DNA of 64,000 nucleotides from Catajapyx aquilonaris (lineage: Eukaryota). Under the pieces are notes generated by a model that saw only the letters and a program-made list of their open reading frames with translations, was not told the origin of the DNA and ran no database searches. Position numbers and translations under genes: made by a program. Shown here piece by piece: positions 26,652-40,400 of this stretch; position 1 is the first letter of the stretch; the number at the start of each line of letters is the position of its first letter. The stretch covers positions 1 through 64,000 of the forward strand of contig JYFJ02001516.1 of NCBI GenBank assembly GCA_000934665.2. The letters run 5' to 3'.

Positions 26652-26795
26652 TTTTGAAAAACTGCAGACAAAAGTTAACATGGCCAGGGAGCATAAAAAT
26701 TTTATGCTCCCTGGCCATGTTAACTTTTGTCTGTAGTTTTTCAAAAGTGAGGCATCATGTGGCCATGTCAGGGACATGGCCACATGATGCCTCAC
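26652..26795. repeat. Two abutting near-perfect palindromes (47 bp and 23 bp arms)
   Basis: 26652-26746: 47 bp arms, 1 nt spacer, one G/T mismatch. 26747-26795: perfect 23 bp arms with AGG spacer. Confidence 0.95.
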
Positions 26796-27368
26796 TCTAT
26801 TCTCTTGACTGCATAAAACACTAGTTAATTGAAGTATTTTATTAAACAGTGGTACCAGATTTTGATTTTTGTTTTGAAGTAAAGTTACATTCGTCTCCCT
26901 GGGGGTTAAAGTAATCATAAACTACATCCACTTAACCTCTAATCTCCTCTAACTCTCTAAAAGTTGAGGAGATGTGATGCAGCAGGGAGTATATAATGAC
27001 AACAGATGGTTGGGTTAAGATAAACGAAGCTGGCAATTGATGCTATTCCAATCACTCCTGCATATCATACCAAATATACAGTGACAGATAGTAAAGTTGA
27101 AATGTGTTGAATGTGCCAATAGAGGAAGTGCCAAGGTCTGTGGTGATAAATGTTCAATGTGTACTAAATTAATTCACTGCACATTGGGACAGCATAACTG
27201 TGTAGTGGCTAGCGCCAGACTTCCCCCTCCAAGGTTTGATCCCTTGCCCCAGTTTGAAAGAAGATTCTCGCATGTGGAAAGTGTTTTGATGAGTTCTCTC
27301 TCGGTTTGTGTGGGTTTTTCAGGGTTCTCCTGTTTCCTCTTACTATCAAAATCCATCACTGTGGTTAA

Positions 27369-27524
27369 CCCTGTAATGCCACTAATCTAAGTAATACCCA
27401 CTGGGTCATATCTGGCACACCATTTAGTGCAATTTTTGCAACTTTTGCAATTTTTATATTTTCTGCAAGTGTGCCAAATTGCACTAAATGGTGTGCCAGA
27501 TATGACCCAAGGGGCATTACAGGG
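27369..27524. mobile_element. piggyBac-type MITE (156 bp)
   Basis: TTAA|CCCTGTAATGCC ... GGCATTACAGGG|TTAA, plus a subterminal inverted repeat TGGGTCATATCTGGCACACCATTTAGTGCAATTT and its complement. Confidence 0.88.
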
Positions 27525-28674
27525 TTAATGAGCCATGTCAAGGATTACATATAGGATTCCCTACGAGACCACAACCTATCACGAGATGGTGATGATAATT
27601 ATTAGTATTATTGATAATAATAAGTCATCTTTATGAAATCACATGCTGCACTTTTATTTTGCATTGAAGATTTGAAGGATATTTTTCTTTCTTTTGCTTT
27701 TTGTGGGAGGGATTTTGTACAGGGGTAACATTTTCAACATTGTGGGATTACCACATTCCACGTGTCCCATCACAACAAATATGACTTTTTACATGAGGAA
27801 CTCTTTGTGGTGATGTTAAGCAGTGAAAGGTTCTTCACTCTCTTACGCTCAATTAGCACGAGACCATAGATCACAAGACATTGAGCCGAATGGCATCACA
27901 TAAGATACTGCCCCCCTTTTTGGTTTTGATTATGATGATGCTGGAAGCCATTTCACTGCCCATATGCTGCTTGACTTAACAGATGTCAAGTCCCATGCAA
28001 ATAATAACAAATCACAATATACATTGATCCATAGGATGTGTGTCAGGTACATGGATCAAAAGTCAAGACTCGAATTCTTTGTCGCTCCCAAAGACACCAA
28101 ATACTGTATGCCTCAAATTGCACACTGACAAAACCTCCAATGGTAAGCTATGCAGAATTTTTTACTGTAAAGAAAGGGAATCTTGGTACAAACAAAAAAA
28201 TCTCCGCCAAAGTGTTAAAGCGTTAAGAAAATAAAGCCTCTGTATAAGCTGAAGTTTACTCCAAAACCCAACTTGTAAATACTGACAGCCTGACTAATAT
28301 TAATTAGGAAGTCAATTCCACATTAGTTACTGGGAAAGCAGCTAGGAGATTTCTTTCTCCGTGTACCACATGATTCATTTTGCCAAGGCGCAAAAATTCC
28401 ACAAAAGAAGCAAAGAAATGCTTCCCAACTATTAAAACAAAAATGACGAATCACAAGAAAAAACCAACTCAATCACAGGCATGATGTTCACACTGCTAAA
28501 ATATTGCTGTGCAATAAGGGGGGGAAGAAAATCTATTTACACAAATAGCTATAAATAAAATATAAAATTAGCCACTTGCAAGGAAGAGTGAGGGGGGGAG
28601 CTTAAGGTTTCTTCTCAAACACACCAAAACGTCAAAATTTTAGTGTCAGAAACTGAAAATAAGTTCAGTGACTT

Positions 28675-31600
28675 TCATGCCAAATCCTCCTTTGAGATGA
28701 TCTCAAACTCGTCATCATCTTCTGACTTTGATTCCATCACATTAGCAGCCACCTTTTGCATAATTTGACCCATTTGCCCTACTGCTGCTCCCAATAATCT
28801 TGCTGATAAATCTGAGCTTGACGATGGGACCATCGCTGCCTTGTCAAACTTTAGTCCATGCGTGAAAGGGGTCTCCTCATCAGAGGAGCTGCCTTCCAAG
28901 TCTGCAAAGTGTGTCGAAACAAACTGAATTGCACTCTCGTCAGGGACCTTGGGTGCCTGTGATGACTCTGATGGTGCCGTGGGTAAACCCAGGTCTAAAT
29001 CCAGGTCTTCATTGGTCTCTTCATGTGATGGCATGGCTTCTACGGCTGGGGTCAGAGACATGGGTCCTGCACTTACGTCCAAACCTGGTCAATGAATAAT
29101 AAGGGAATTCACTCTCATGCTATCACGGAATTTACAACTGTTTCAGGCATTAACGACAATTAGGGTCATTGTATGGATGCAAATTGTCCCCAATTTCAGC
29201 ATTTTTGTATAACAAAATCTCAAATAAACCGAGAAATAGGCTCACATTTTGTCAAAACTCCAATGAAATCTTGTTTAAATGAAAATGTCCCAACACACAC
29301 CCCAACAGCCCTCAGTTTCTCCCACAAATAAGCTACTTTTGAAAATGTTGGCAATGCCTGATTTCTCCCATCATAATTTTGCCTCAATATATATTTTTCT
29401 TCTTCTTTATGAAATACCCCGTGATAGGGCGGAGCCCTCTTAGGGGGAAGGGGGAGGTTCCCAAGGGAGGGCGCTGTAATTTTTAGTCATTTCTGATTTT
29501 GTGAAATACACCAGACCTCTGGGCAGAGTAGGGAGTGCAATTCTGCCCCGGCATGTTGGGTGAAAAGCAGAAAAAGACCTGGCCAAGCAGAGGTGATGGG
29601 GACAGGATTTGAACCCCGGCCTCCCGCTTGGCTGGCCAGTGGCGTAACCACTAGACCACCATGCCGCCCATTTTGCCTCAATCTATTTACACACCTCCAG
29701 CCATGGATCCCTCGGGAGTCTTGTTTTCTTCCTCCTCCTCTTCTTCCTCCTCTTCCTCCTCGTGGCACTGTTTGAAAGCCTTCTCGAGAAGAGCCAAGTT
29801 CTCACTACTGTCGTCAGGCATGAATTCCTCCCTAATAGCTCCCTCATCTGCCTCCCCAAGAATGTGCCTCTTCCATTCAAGCAACATCTGCACTTGTGGA
29901 AGACGGCTCAAGTGGCACACCAGCCCAGGGAAAATCATCAGTCCCATCACACAAGAATAAACCAGCATAAGAGGAGATATGTAGCTGGTCACTATTGCAC
30001 ATGCCACAAATATCGACGTCATGACCAGACCAAACTAAAAGGAAAAATGACCATACATTAGATCCTAATGGAAAAAAGGTGCTCAGGTGTTCCTGAGCAG
30101 TTACCTAGACAAAAATGCAGAAGACTGTTACACACAGTGCCCTCAAATCAACCCAGAATTTATCATAGATGTCATATACATACGGTTATGAGCAAAAAGT
30201 GGATACCTAGTGTTATCTACAAAATAATATGATAATTTCTTTAGAGGCATCACTGTGCATTGTCTCTTCCAGCAACTAAAATATTCTTCAACATCATCAA
30301 AATCAGTAGGAAACATATTTGACCTTATGATGACAATTTTTTGACAAATAGGTACATGGCAAAGTGTTAAGAGCGGGTGGCACGTTCAAATGCATGAGTG
30401 ATTTGACGAGCGAAGTCTTCGCCGAGAGATCACATCGCTGAGTAACCTGAGTAACCAATATTGTTTGAGGCGAAAGTAAGAATTGATTTTCGCCTCAAAC
30501 AATACCGGTTACTCAGCGATGTTATCGCTCGGCGAAGACTGATTGTCAAATCGCTCACCTGTAAATGCACCTTTAGACTGCAATTCTGGTAGCAATTCTC
30601 TCTCCGACGAATTTTACCCCTCATTATTGCTAATTGCAAGAGGTATTGGGGTGATTAGTCACTACTGTATTTTTGACAATAGCCTTTCTGCTAGTTCTCT
30701 ATTGATCATAATTATTGCACCATTTGCCAGACATGCTGCATTTGGTCCTACATACATAAATTATAGGAAGCACAAAATGCGACACACTTGAGCATTTACT
30801 ACGATACAATGGTTGCAACATTGCGTATGGCAGAACTCTCACTCTCGTTCAAAACTTATCCCTTACGACTCTTGGTGATTTAACAGAGATTTTCCTTAAT
30901 ATGTTTGCCACTTTCATAAAAACCCAGAGAAGCCACCACTGTTCGCACTAGCACCTGCTTTATCTCACTCCCATCATTAGTAGTCCTCAAATTTACCAAA
31001 ACAAATCTAGACAAGGCAGAAACACAGAATAACCTTGACCAGAAGATAGTGACTCCATTGGGTCAGTGTGCCTCCCTGATATTTTGTGTTTCTTTCAAAA
31101 ATATTATCAACTTTATTTTAGATGCACATGGGAAAATATCGAAAAATGTTTAAGATATGATACGTATGTGAGCTAATATGCAAATGAAGTACTTTGGGAA
31201 GAACATTACATTTCTCTATGCAGAATGCAACATTACCCAAGCTGGTTGTTCCACCTTGAGCCTCTTGAGCCAGTTGTAAGTGTCCATGGTTCTGCAGCAG
31301 AATTGGTGAATATAGCGGCCAATTTCAGGTACACTTAGAACACTGAAACCAAAATACATTCATGAGTGCATGATTCGACAAAATGTCCATCCCATTTCAA
31401 CAAGTCATCTTCACCTAGGATGAACTGGTGTCCACTCCTCGTTGTCTTCTGGTTCCTGAGGAGGGACCCTGATCTCTGGCCAGATCTTGGTTACCCAGAG
31501 GTAGTAAAAATACAGGCTGAAGGCGCTGACACAAGTGATGAAGATCTTTCTCATGCAAGATGCAATTGCCCTATAGAAAGAAAAACGCAATTTATTAGAG

Positions 31601-33388
31601 TGTTTATAAACATCAGGTGATAAAAGTTAGTCAATGACAAGACGTCATCCGTACAAAAAAAAGCACAATCAGGAGATGCGATATAGTGTGGCCTGACATG
31701 TTTGTGCCACGACGAATTTGCGTTTCATGTTATCAGGCTGTCTGTTTTTGCTTGCAGTTTTTTTTTTAGCTCTTAAGATACTACCAAGAGTGATACTACC
31801 AATCAAGAGTTCATTGGTGTCACTTACGTACAAACCATCTTTACTATATGATAGTTTGGCCATGTAAGTGATGGGTATGCATGCACTTTCTCATTTCAAC
31901 ACTTCGACACAAAATAAATAATGTGATAACTGGGCTGTATTAGTACAAAATCTCACGCTATTTATTAATAGACAGACTTTCTCAGGAGCAGGTATGTTTA
32001 CAAACACTATCAACAAAACAAATATTATTTGCAACTCACAGTACAGACTCGTCACTTGAAAACTCTGGAACCGCCTCCCTGCAAAAAGTTAACCCGAGAG
32101 TAAACATGAAAAAAAAGCAGCCTTCCAGGCAATAAAGCATAACAAGTGAATAAACTAATAATTTCCACCAATCAGCATTGCCTTGCTTGAAAGATTTTTA
32201 AAAAGGTGATGTAGCAAATACAGAAAAGAAGAAGTTGCTACACTGAACTAATACTTTTTACACAATAAATTTTTCAGTTATTCGTACCACTTTGCAGAGA
32301 TGATTATTTTTATTTAAGTTTTTAACATGATGTCAAGCTCATTTAAAGCATTTCTTAAAGCCCATTAATTAAGAACCATGTTTTGTTGGTACAGGATTCT
32401 TATCACATTATTCATATACACCCTATCAATGTTTTTCTTGTTCCACATTATCTGTTGCACTTGTAAGGCAATCATGACTCACTGTTCTTCATGCACATAC
32501 CCAGCGACCTCGCCCTCAGATGCAATGTGTTTAAAATTATGAAAAATTTTCTGTCACCAAATAGCAATTTTGGTATATGCCAGGACAAAGCACCCTTTCC
32601 AACCAAACAGCAATATGTTCAATGTCGTATAAAATAAGTGCATCCATAAAAAACTAAACTGCATGTACCCAAATAAGTACACTGACCTGATCCAATTTTA
32701 AAGCATCTGCAGTTGTGGCACATTGCCAGCTACTAAATAAAGCAAAAAAAGCTGTGACCTTGTTCATACGTTTGTCCTCAAATTATGCAGCAATGGAGCA
32801 AAACAGTGCAAAGGCCTGTGTCATACGTTAACGAGCAATCTCACGCTCATTTGGAATTTCTCTCAACTCCAAAATTCGATCATATTGTCAATTGATCAGG
32901 CCGCCTGAAAATACCGCACTACACTGTGAGCCCTATGGTAATCTCGTTCCAGTTTTAGTGTGTGTACCGCCAAAGCGCAGACACTATATGAGTGTATATT
33001 GTACAATTACTGTACATGTGTTATTGTGTTTCTCAATTTTCTTTGGATACGCACACGATGCTTAAGAACTTTGATCTGCTCATGGTCCACTCGCTTTGAT
33101 ATTCCGCTTGTGACCCTTGCCTTGCGACAAGGTAACTCACCAGTAGAAGAAGAGCATGTTGACCAGCACCAGCGCGGCCAGGGACACGGTTGGCCTCTCC
33201 CAGATGAAGACCCTCTGCATGGCCACCAGGTAGGACTCGAAGGGCCCCATGGCCCTGACAATCCTCCCTTCCAGCCCTCCGTCCCCATACTCGTCCTCCC
33301 CGTCCTTCTTCATCCGCCCCTGGTCCTCCTCGCCCTCGCTCCGTCTCCGCCCGCCCCAGGGCCAGCACGATCGTATCCTCCGCAGCAT
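28675..33388 (-). CDS. RETREG3: Reticulophagy regulator (FAM134/RETREG family) with reticulon-homology domain and C-terminal LIR
   Basis: Exons 33141-33388 (QRVFIWERPTVSLAALVLVNMLFFYW), 31415-31570 (IWPEIRVPP..DNEEWTPVHP), 31237-31342 (SVLSVPEI), 29695-30034 (TM hairpin, EEFMP, poly-Glu), 28675-29084 (ends EDDDEFEIISKEDLA*). Phases are consistent. Which vertebrate paralog it corresponds to cannot be resolved. Confidence 0.88.
29393..29669 (-). mobile_element. tRNA-derived SINE with 17 bp TSD
   Basis: Minus-strand A box TGGTCTAGTGG and B box GGTTCAAATCC. TSD ATTTTGCCTCAAT(A/C)TAT at 29376-29392 and 29670-29686; short AAG-type tail. Confidence 0.85.
30395..30557. mobile_element. Fold-back MITE (possibly PIF/Harbinger-like) in RETREG intron 3
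   Basis: Long imperfect inverted repeat tgagtgatttgac..agtcttcgccgag..acatcgctgagtaacc..tattgtttgaggcgaaa versus tttcgcctcaaacaata..ggttactcagcgatgt..ctcggcgaagact..gtcaaatcgctca. Confidence 0.7.
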
Positions 33389-34431
33389 CTCCTGTAATAC
33401 CTACTCAACTAGGCCTTACGAACGCAATTAGATCCGGCGTAGTACGTCTCGTGCTTTGTTATTGTTTTTGCGGCCCACTTGTGATTTGTTTGTTTCAGGT
33501 TTGACGTACCAAGCCAGCGGTACCGCCTCCCTCGATCCTTACGGTGTTGCGACACCTATTTCTCTGCGCAATTCACGGACTGGTGATGCGCACCTAGAGC
33601 AGTGAATGGTGTGCGCGGCGCGATTAGTGCGTCATGCGCACTGCTATGCGGAAGGAAAGCAGGCGGACATGTTTCATTCAGATTTAGAAACGACAAAAAA
33701 AATAAAAAATGGAGCAGGCCCACTTATTACGCACTTTATTAAATTTAGAGTACTGCAGCTGTAATTGCAAGTGGAATGATGCCATTTGGAGGAATGAAGT
33801 TAAAATTAGTTTCCATGCAGAATTGGCGGCCATATTTGAATTAGTCACATGTAAGTGTTCCCGCCCTTTTTTGATGGCGGTGGGAGAAAGTTAAGGTCTG
33901 CAGAAGAATTCGCGGAAAAGGTGCCTGATTCGTACAAGGAATCGCTGATGCCCGCTGCAGGAAAAGTGGGGATACCCAGAGCACCAACAAACCAGCAGCC
34001 TAGCCTAGAGCCGTAGCCTACTGATGGTGAGTATAGCTGGGTGTTGCAACAAGCGACATGGATCCATATTTGTGTGGACCCTTTTTAATCCGGATTATTT
34101 GAATAAGCCCCAGATAGGAGACATATCCTACATATCATTGTAGTTTCCTAGTTGGAGATAAGGTTAATACCTATGGCAACAGAATTTTGATGGTGATTAG
34201 CATAGAAACAGGCAGTGCGAAGAAAGGGTTCCAGGCTAGTAAGTTAATAAACACACAGCAATCTGCAATCCATGTTATTTGTGATGTAGAAATCTTGGCG
34301 TTCATGCTTCTTAATGATGTATCATTTTCACAAATTCATACATTGATTTATTTAAGCGGTACAAGATAGTAGTACACAAAAAAATATCACAGAAATGAAT
34401 AAATCCTGAATGGCATGGTACATTGTCTTTA

Positions 34432-37400
34432 TTATCTTTTGTCCACGACATCTGGGAATACCTTACTGTGACGCTTGTCGGATTGGTGATGTTGCTGCTG
34501 CAGAAAGGATGCAGACAGCTCCAAAAGGCGGTACCTCTGCCTGAGGTTTCTTGCGCGGAGATGTGCTGATGCTATCTCCTTGCAGTGGTTGGCAGGGAAC
34601 CATCCTCTGTCCCCGTCACGCAGTCTCTCCCCAAGGTACCAGTCTGAAATATTACACAAGACATTGTTCAATAATGGTTTCTGAAGTCGAGTTATACATA
34701 ATTATGCTGCAGTGAATATTTTAGTGACCAAAACCTCATTGACAGCAGTCTTGTGCATTGCTTACACTGATGTTTTTTATTGCTTGGGAGAATTTTTTAA
34801 TACATTACATTTCCCCTCGCCTCTCGCATTATCCAGATTAACTAGTTTCGTATTTTCTGCCTACATGAGAGTGATGTTCTGTTATTCCATGCAATACACC
34901 CAAAGTTTGACAGGAGTTAGTCTGATATTAATATATTATTTAGCTCAGGTTATTGTAAGGCTCTCAGTTTACTGTTTGGAATCCACAAGAAGTCAAAACC
35001 TCCATTTCAATAATATAGCCTACTGTACACATTGTAAGCATATTTATACATAGCAAAGAATAAAACTCCATTGATTTGAACATCAGGACATAGGGATGGT
35101 CAGATTAAATGCCATTATTAGAGCAAGGCCCTACCTCTGCAAAATGTGACCATTTAATGACTGTTACATTACTACTTGGGATTACACCTTGAATAATTTT
35201 ACAGTATAATTGAGCAATTGAATTCTCATGGAGTTTTTTTTTGTTTTTTTTTGTTTTTTTGTGTTTTTTTGTTTGTTTTGTTTTGTTTTTTGTTTTTTTG
35301 CAAATGGCACTACTTGGAAAAATTGGCGCCATATTTTACATCATAATAATTGGGTTTAGTGTTCCGCCCAAGGGGCATCTGGCATAGTCCCTTTATTTAT
35401 GCTTAATATTTGTACAAGTTTGATACAGTTGGTCCTTTGCCGTAACGCCTGGGTACCGCGAGCGAAAGGGAGGGAAGAGTAGGAGGGGATGTGCAATGTG
35501 CAGTGCAATGTCTTATACGGGGTACATTTTGTGAACTCCCCCGGATGGATTAGTCAATGGGAAATTTCACCAGAGATGAAGCTAGAGACAACCCAAACTC
35601 TGCACGGGAAGAAGGGGGGGGGGGGGACCCCGGGCGGGATTTGATCCCGGGACCTTAACATCCGTGGGCGCATATGTTACCGCAGCGCCACTTCACCTCC
35701 CTCCCATATTTTACATCAAGTACAGTGAAGGCTGAAAGGTAGTTCTTACCATCTGGGAGTTTTCGAAGAACATTGACAACATCAGCAGTATGTAATGATA
35801 GTTCATCTGGCTGTTGGGCAGTGTAAGGATGTGTTGCTTGCACTTGTGGACAATCCCACTCTTCGTATACCCTTTCCTCAGGGTTCTCAGAACTCCTTGG
35901 TGTCACTGCCTCATACCATCGCGAACGTTCTGACTCCACTGAGCAAGCCAGCACCTGTATTAATTACAGATATTGTGAGAATCAGGTCCCTAATGGATTC
36001 TACAAAGTGTGACATTAAAGACTAACCATTTCAACTGTTCGATGATCATGATTTTGTAGCATTGTCAGCAGCATCAGATTCCTGCAATCTGCTGGGAACT
36101 TGCTAGGGAGTCTCTCACGGTCATCTAGCTCTGTTACATGTACCATGTTGCGTGCACAATGGTCAATCACTAGGTAGGAATCCTCCCTGAAGAGTACAAA
36201 AATAGTCTTAAACATGTACTCCAAGTGTACAAGTCAATTTAAAATTACATGCCCTCTCAGAAGATACTGTTATCTCCAGTTTTGTTGGATTGTGTATTGT
36301 GAATACCTAGGCATAATTACTCGAGTTTTACCTCATTTGCTATCATACAACCACCTTAACAACCTTAACCTTACATGTTCTTTAAAACCTTCAAATTTTT
36401 ATTGCAAGTGAAACATACAGCATTGTAACTGATGTACAGTACCGCTCATAAAGAATGGTATGACTCTATCGACTTAATTCTGTTCCCAACCCCTGGATCA
36501 CCAGCATGCTTTTAGGGGTTATGAGAGGAAGGCTGGGAAAAGGCAATTAAAATCAAGAAAAAAATAGAAGAAAAAACAGGGCAGAGTAAGAAAATTTAAG
36601 GGGGGAAATTCATCTAAAATCTATGTAAGCATTGTACCAGGTTGAACATTTTGGTAATAAAAAATTTCGGAAAAAGTCGGGAAGGGGTCATATGGGTCGC
36701 CAGAGATCTAGGACAAGTTGTCCATAGTGTCGCGACGAAATCAGGTTGGGAATAATGCTGGATAGTCAGAATAAACACGTCGTCCATAGAGTCGTACCAT
36801 TCTTTATGAGGGGGACTGTACTTTCCTCCAGCGCAATGATTTTCTAGAAAATCACCTTGTAGTCAGTATAGATTTTTGTACCAAGTTTTGACAAGCAGAG
36901 CTTTGCACACTAGGTGAAGTATTTACAACAGTTAGATGCCTTCAAGAAAGTGCAGTCTTTTTTACTGTCTTTGAGTTCCATTAATTACCTCTATGCAGAT
37001 TTTAAGAAATTCAATAACATTGAGAGAAATTAAGTTTCCTAGATAAATCAAAACATGCGAGCTTACCCTCTCTTGCGTGCAACGACTAGCAGGTCAGAGA
37101 AGAGGAATAGGTGGAGCCTATGCCTTGTGACTCTCCTTCCAAAGGTGAGCTTGGCATCAGCATCCTTCCATTGCAGCCTTACCACTTCTCCTCTCCTTAC
37201 TAGCCACCTGGAACCCTTCACAAGAGCAACATTGCTAACCTCGCGGAAATCAAGCTGCTGGCTCAAAACCAGGAGTTCCTGAAGTCGCTCCATTTTTCGT
37301 GCTCCTTCATTGCAGTCTTGAGCCAACTATAACAATGGAAAATACTACTGTTAGTGGTCATCCATGCATTGCAGCCATTATTAATGTCCTGTATTCTAAG

Positions 37401-40400
37401 AACCACTGGACTAGAAGCAACCCCATCCCTGATATGCAATTATTTGGTGAACTTACAACAGTTTGAATAAGTTGGACTCACACTACCTTGTTAAGGGCGG
37501 CAAGGGCCAGTTGGCAGGTTGGGTACTCAGGAGATGTTGGTTCAAGCCTCCTCAGTACTGCATCCACCAAAAGGGGAAGCCTGGTCACGCGTTGCATAGG
37601 AAGCATTAGGAAGGAGTGGAGGACCAGTGACTGGCAGCATGGACTTGCTTCAAGCCGCCTCAGCACTTCCACAAATCCAGGCCTTGATGACCTGTTCAGA
37701 TTATTTTGTTAGCCAACATTGAACTGGATTAACAAAGGAAAAATAACAATCTTATGGGTCTCGAAATCACACCCTGAGTACAGCCGGCCTAGGAATATCC
37801 TCAGGGACCTTTTGCATAAGATTATGCCATTTTGTCACCAAATCATTGCAAAATGTACTCACATAAGACTTCGAAGAAGCTTATCTCGATGGACCTGATT
37901 GGAGCAGCACTTGACATAAGCAGAGAAGTATTTGGAAGCATGTTCATATATAATATCTGCTACCCGACTTAGGAGGACTCTTTCTTGCCAGCGTCGCTCC
38001 AAATCAGCAAGAAACCTCTCTGAACACTCCCTCACTGAAAACATTTACAGCAATATATTATTATCCATTAATAAACAGCAGCCTGCTCAATATAACAATT
38101 TAATATGCATGAGTAGTTCAAGCCAGAGTTTCAGATGAGAAAGAAAGGTTGTAGACCTGTTGTGTCCTTGTAAAAGTTATCAGTCATTCAAGGTGAAGTT
38201 TTATGCTACACTTTTATTACACCTATTATCAGATATTTTTATTGACCAACTAGGACTTCACAATGCCTGCATCAGACAAGACATGTGAATTTCAGACACA
38301 GTGTATTTATGGGAATTTAATTTGTGTGTATGTGCATGTGCATTACCAGAGCATTATAACTCACCAGCAGCGACATCGCCAAATAACATGACCCTCTCCT
38401 GCTTGGAGAGTAATCTGTCATCAGACAGTGATGGTGCTTCCACAAAGTGTGACTGGAGGAGACGCAATGATTTCAGATATGAAGCTTCTGAAGCAATAAC
38501 CTCAAACATAGCTTCTTGCAGCTTCCTTTCTTGTGCACTAATTTGATCTGAAAAATCAATAATGATTAAATGTTGTAAACAAATACGAATTCGAAAGCTG
38601 AAAGAAACAATGGCAGATTGGATACGAACCGAGTACTCCGCTGACCATCACATGGGGTAATTCACACCACAGTGACCGTGATCCAGGACATGGGTGTACA
38701 AGTTCCATTGCTGTTGGTTTTGGAGTCTCCCGAGGGCCAACTTCTTCGTACCCATCTTCAGACTCTGACCACTGCTCATTATAATCCCTCTGAAACAGTT
38801 GGAGAAAGTCAGTACTTATACAAATATTTTAAACATGCCCACTTGACATCTGTTGTACACTACAGCAGAAGTGTGACACTCATGTGCTTGTAAAAACCTA
38901 CATGCAAAAGTTCTTGTGTATAGAACTGATACAGAGGCTCATCAGCCAGCTGGTCACTGGTGAATCCACCACTATCACTGGACAATGTGGAAGAAATCTC
39001 CGAAGTAAGGATGTATCCATTGCTGTCAGCAACTTTCATCCTGTGATCTTCCTTTTCCTGAGGTGGCAAACATCCAGAGGTCCAGGGTGGAGTACAGTTG
39101 CCTTCCAAGGCAGGTTCCTGACTGGGTCTCCTTAGTGGGGGTGGTGCTGGAGGAGGACTGGTGGGCCTCATCATGGAGAGAGCACGTCCCAGGCGAGGAC
39201 CCACACTTCTGGATGTCCTGAGAGCCCCACGAGGAGTAGGACGGGGATGTTCTGGTGTGCTTCCACTGCTGCTTGAATTCATGCTTATGTTGCTGTCACT
39301 CTCAGATCTGTGTGGAGCAGGAATGTGAGATATTAATGTTCATTCCTACATTTAAAATGATATCATGATACACTTTGTATATTTTAGCACTAGAATGGGT
39401 GAGATAATGGCAGACACATGCTTCAGATATAGACCCCAGCTCACCTTCCATCTGTGACATGCCTTGTCCTTTCCCCCTTGATCTGGACATAGAAAGTGGA
39501 TGTCTCCTTACAGCTGTTGGCATTCCCAAAGCTGCCCTTTCTGGCCTCAATGTCCTTGGCTGCCGCATCCTTGCGCCGGAAGCGCTTGAATGACCACCGT
39601 TTCTTCCTGGCATTATTATCCGAAGTGCTGGCCTCCTTTGGACCGCTGGGACTGTGCTGTGCTGAGACCGAATCTGGGGAGGTATCGACCGCAGAGAACG
39701 GGAGGAGGCTCAACCCACTGGAAGATTTCCTCCTGAGACTGCTGAATCCCCAAGCCGAGAGATCCGCGTTGGTTCCGGAGATTTTCCGACCCAGATGCAG
39801 CATCTGCTGGCCGATTCGACCGATCCCTGAGGACGCTGAGCTGGGCTTAGAACACTCGCTGTCTCGGGCATTGCTGCTGGCGGGTGTCTCAGGAAGAGCC
39901 TATTTGGAAGGGCATGTTCCTATATGTAACAATGTCTCTCAACTTTCGTTACAATACGCTGTATTAGAAGCTACAGTAGATGCCAAAAATAGCAGTATTA
40001 GTTGACAAATTGTACAAATACACAACATGTTGCATATACCTTGTTGTGGTACAGTGGATTCCTCTCTTCCCCAGTGTTGTCAGAGTCGAAAGAATCAAAG
40101 GAGTCCTCCGCACTGACTGACGTGTTTTGTTGTACAACTTCTGATCCAATCGCTTCGTACAATGGCTCCTCTGCTCCGGTGGTTTCGTCCTCCACGTCCG
40201 TTTCTACAAAAATGAACGACACACAATGCAATGCAGGTCTTGGAATTTTCCGTGTAAACTACGTCCGTCTGCTTTTGACAGGTCTCGGTCGCATTTTGTA
40301 GATGTCAGGGTTATGTAACTGATTCTGCGACTCAAATTGTGGTCATATAGTGTAAATATCTCGTGTCAGTGCGTCACGCAAAGCGGATGAAAAGGAGTCC

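Noticed and set aside
29590..29669. tRNA-like sequence (also 60612-60690)
   Set aside because: A and B boxes are present but there is no complete cloverleaf; TSDs and tails identify these as SINE heads.
33870..34030. Possible plus-strand exon divergent from RETREG (ATGGCGG.., ATG|GTGAGT)
   Set aside because: Immediate stop codon and no downstream exon found; insufficient support.
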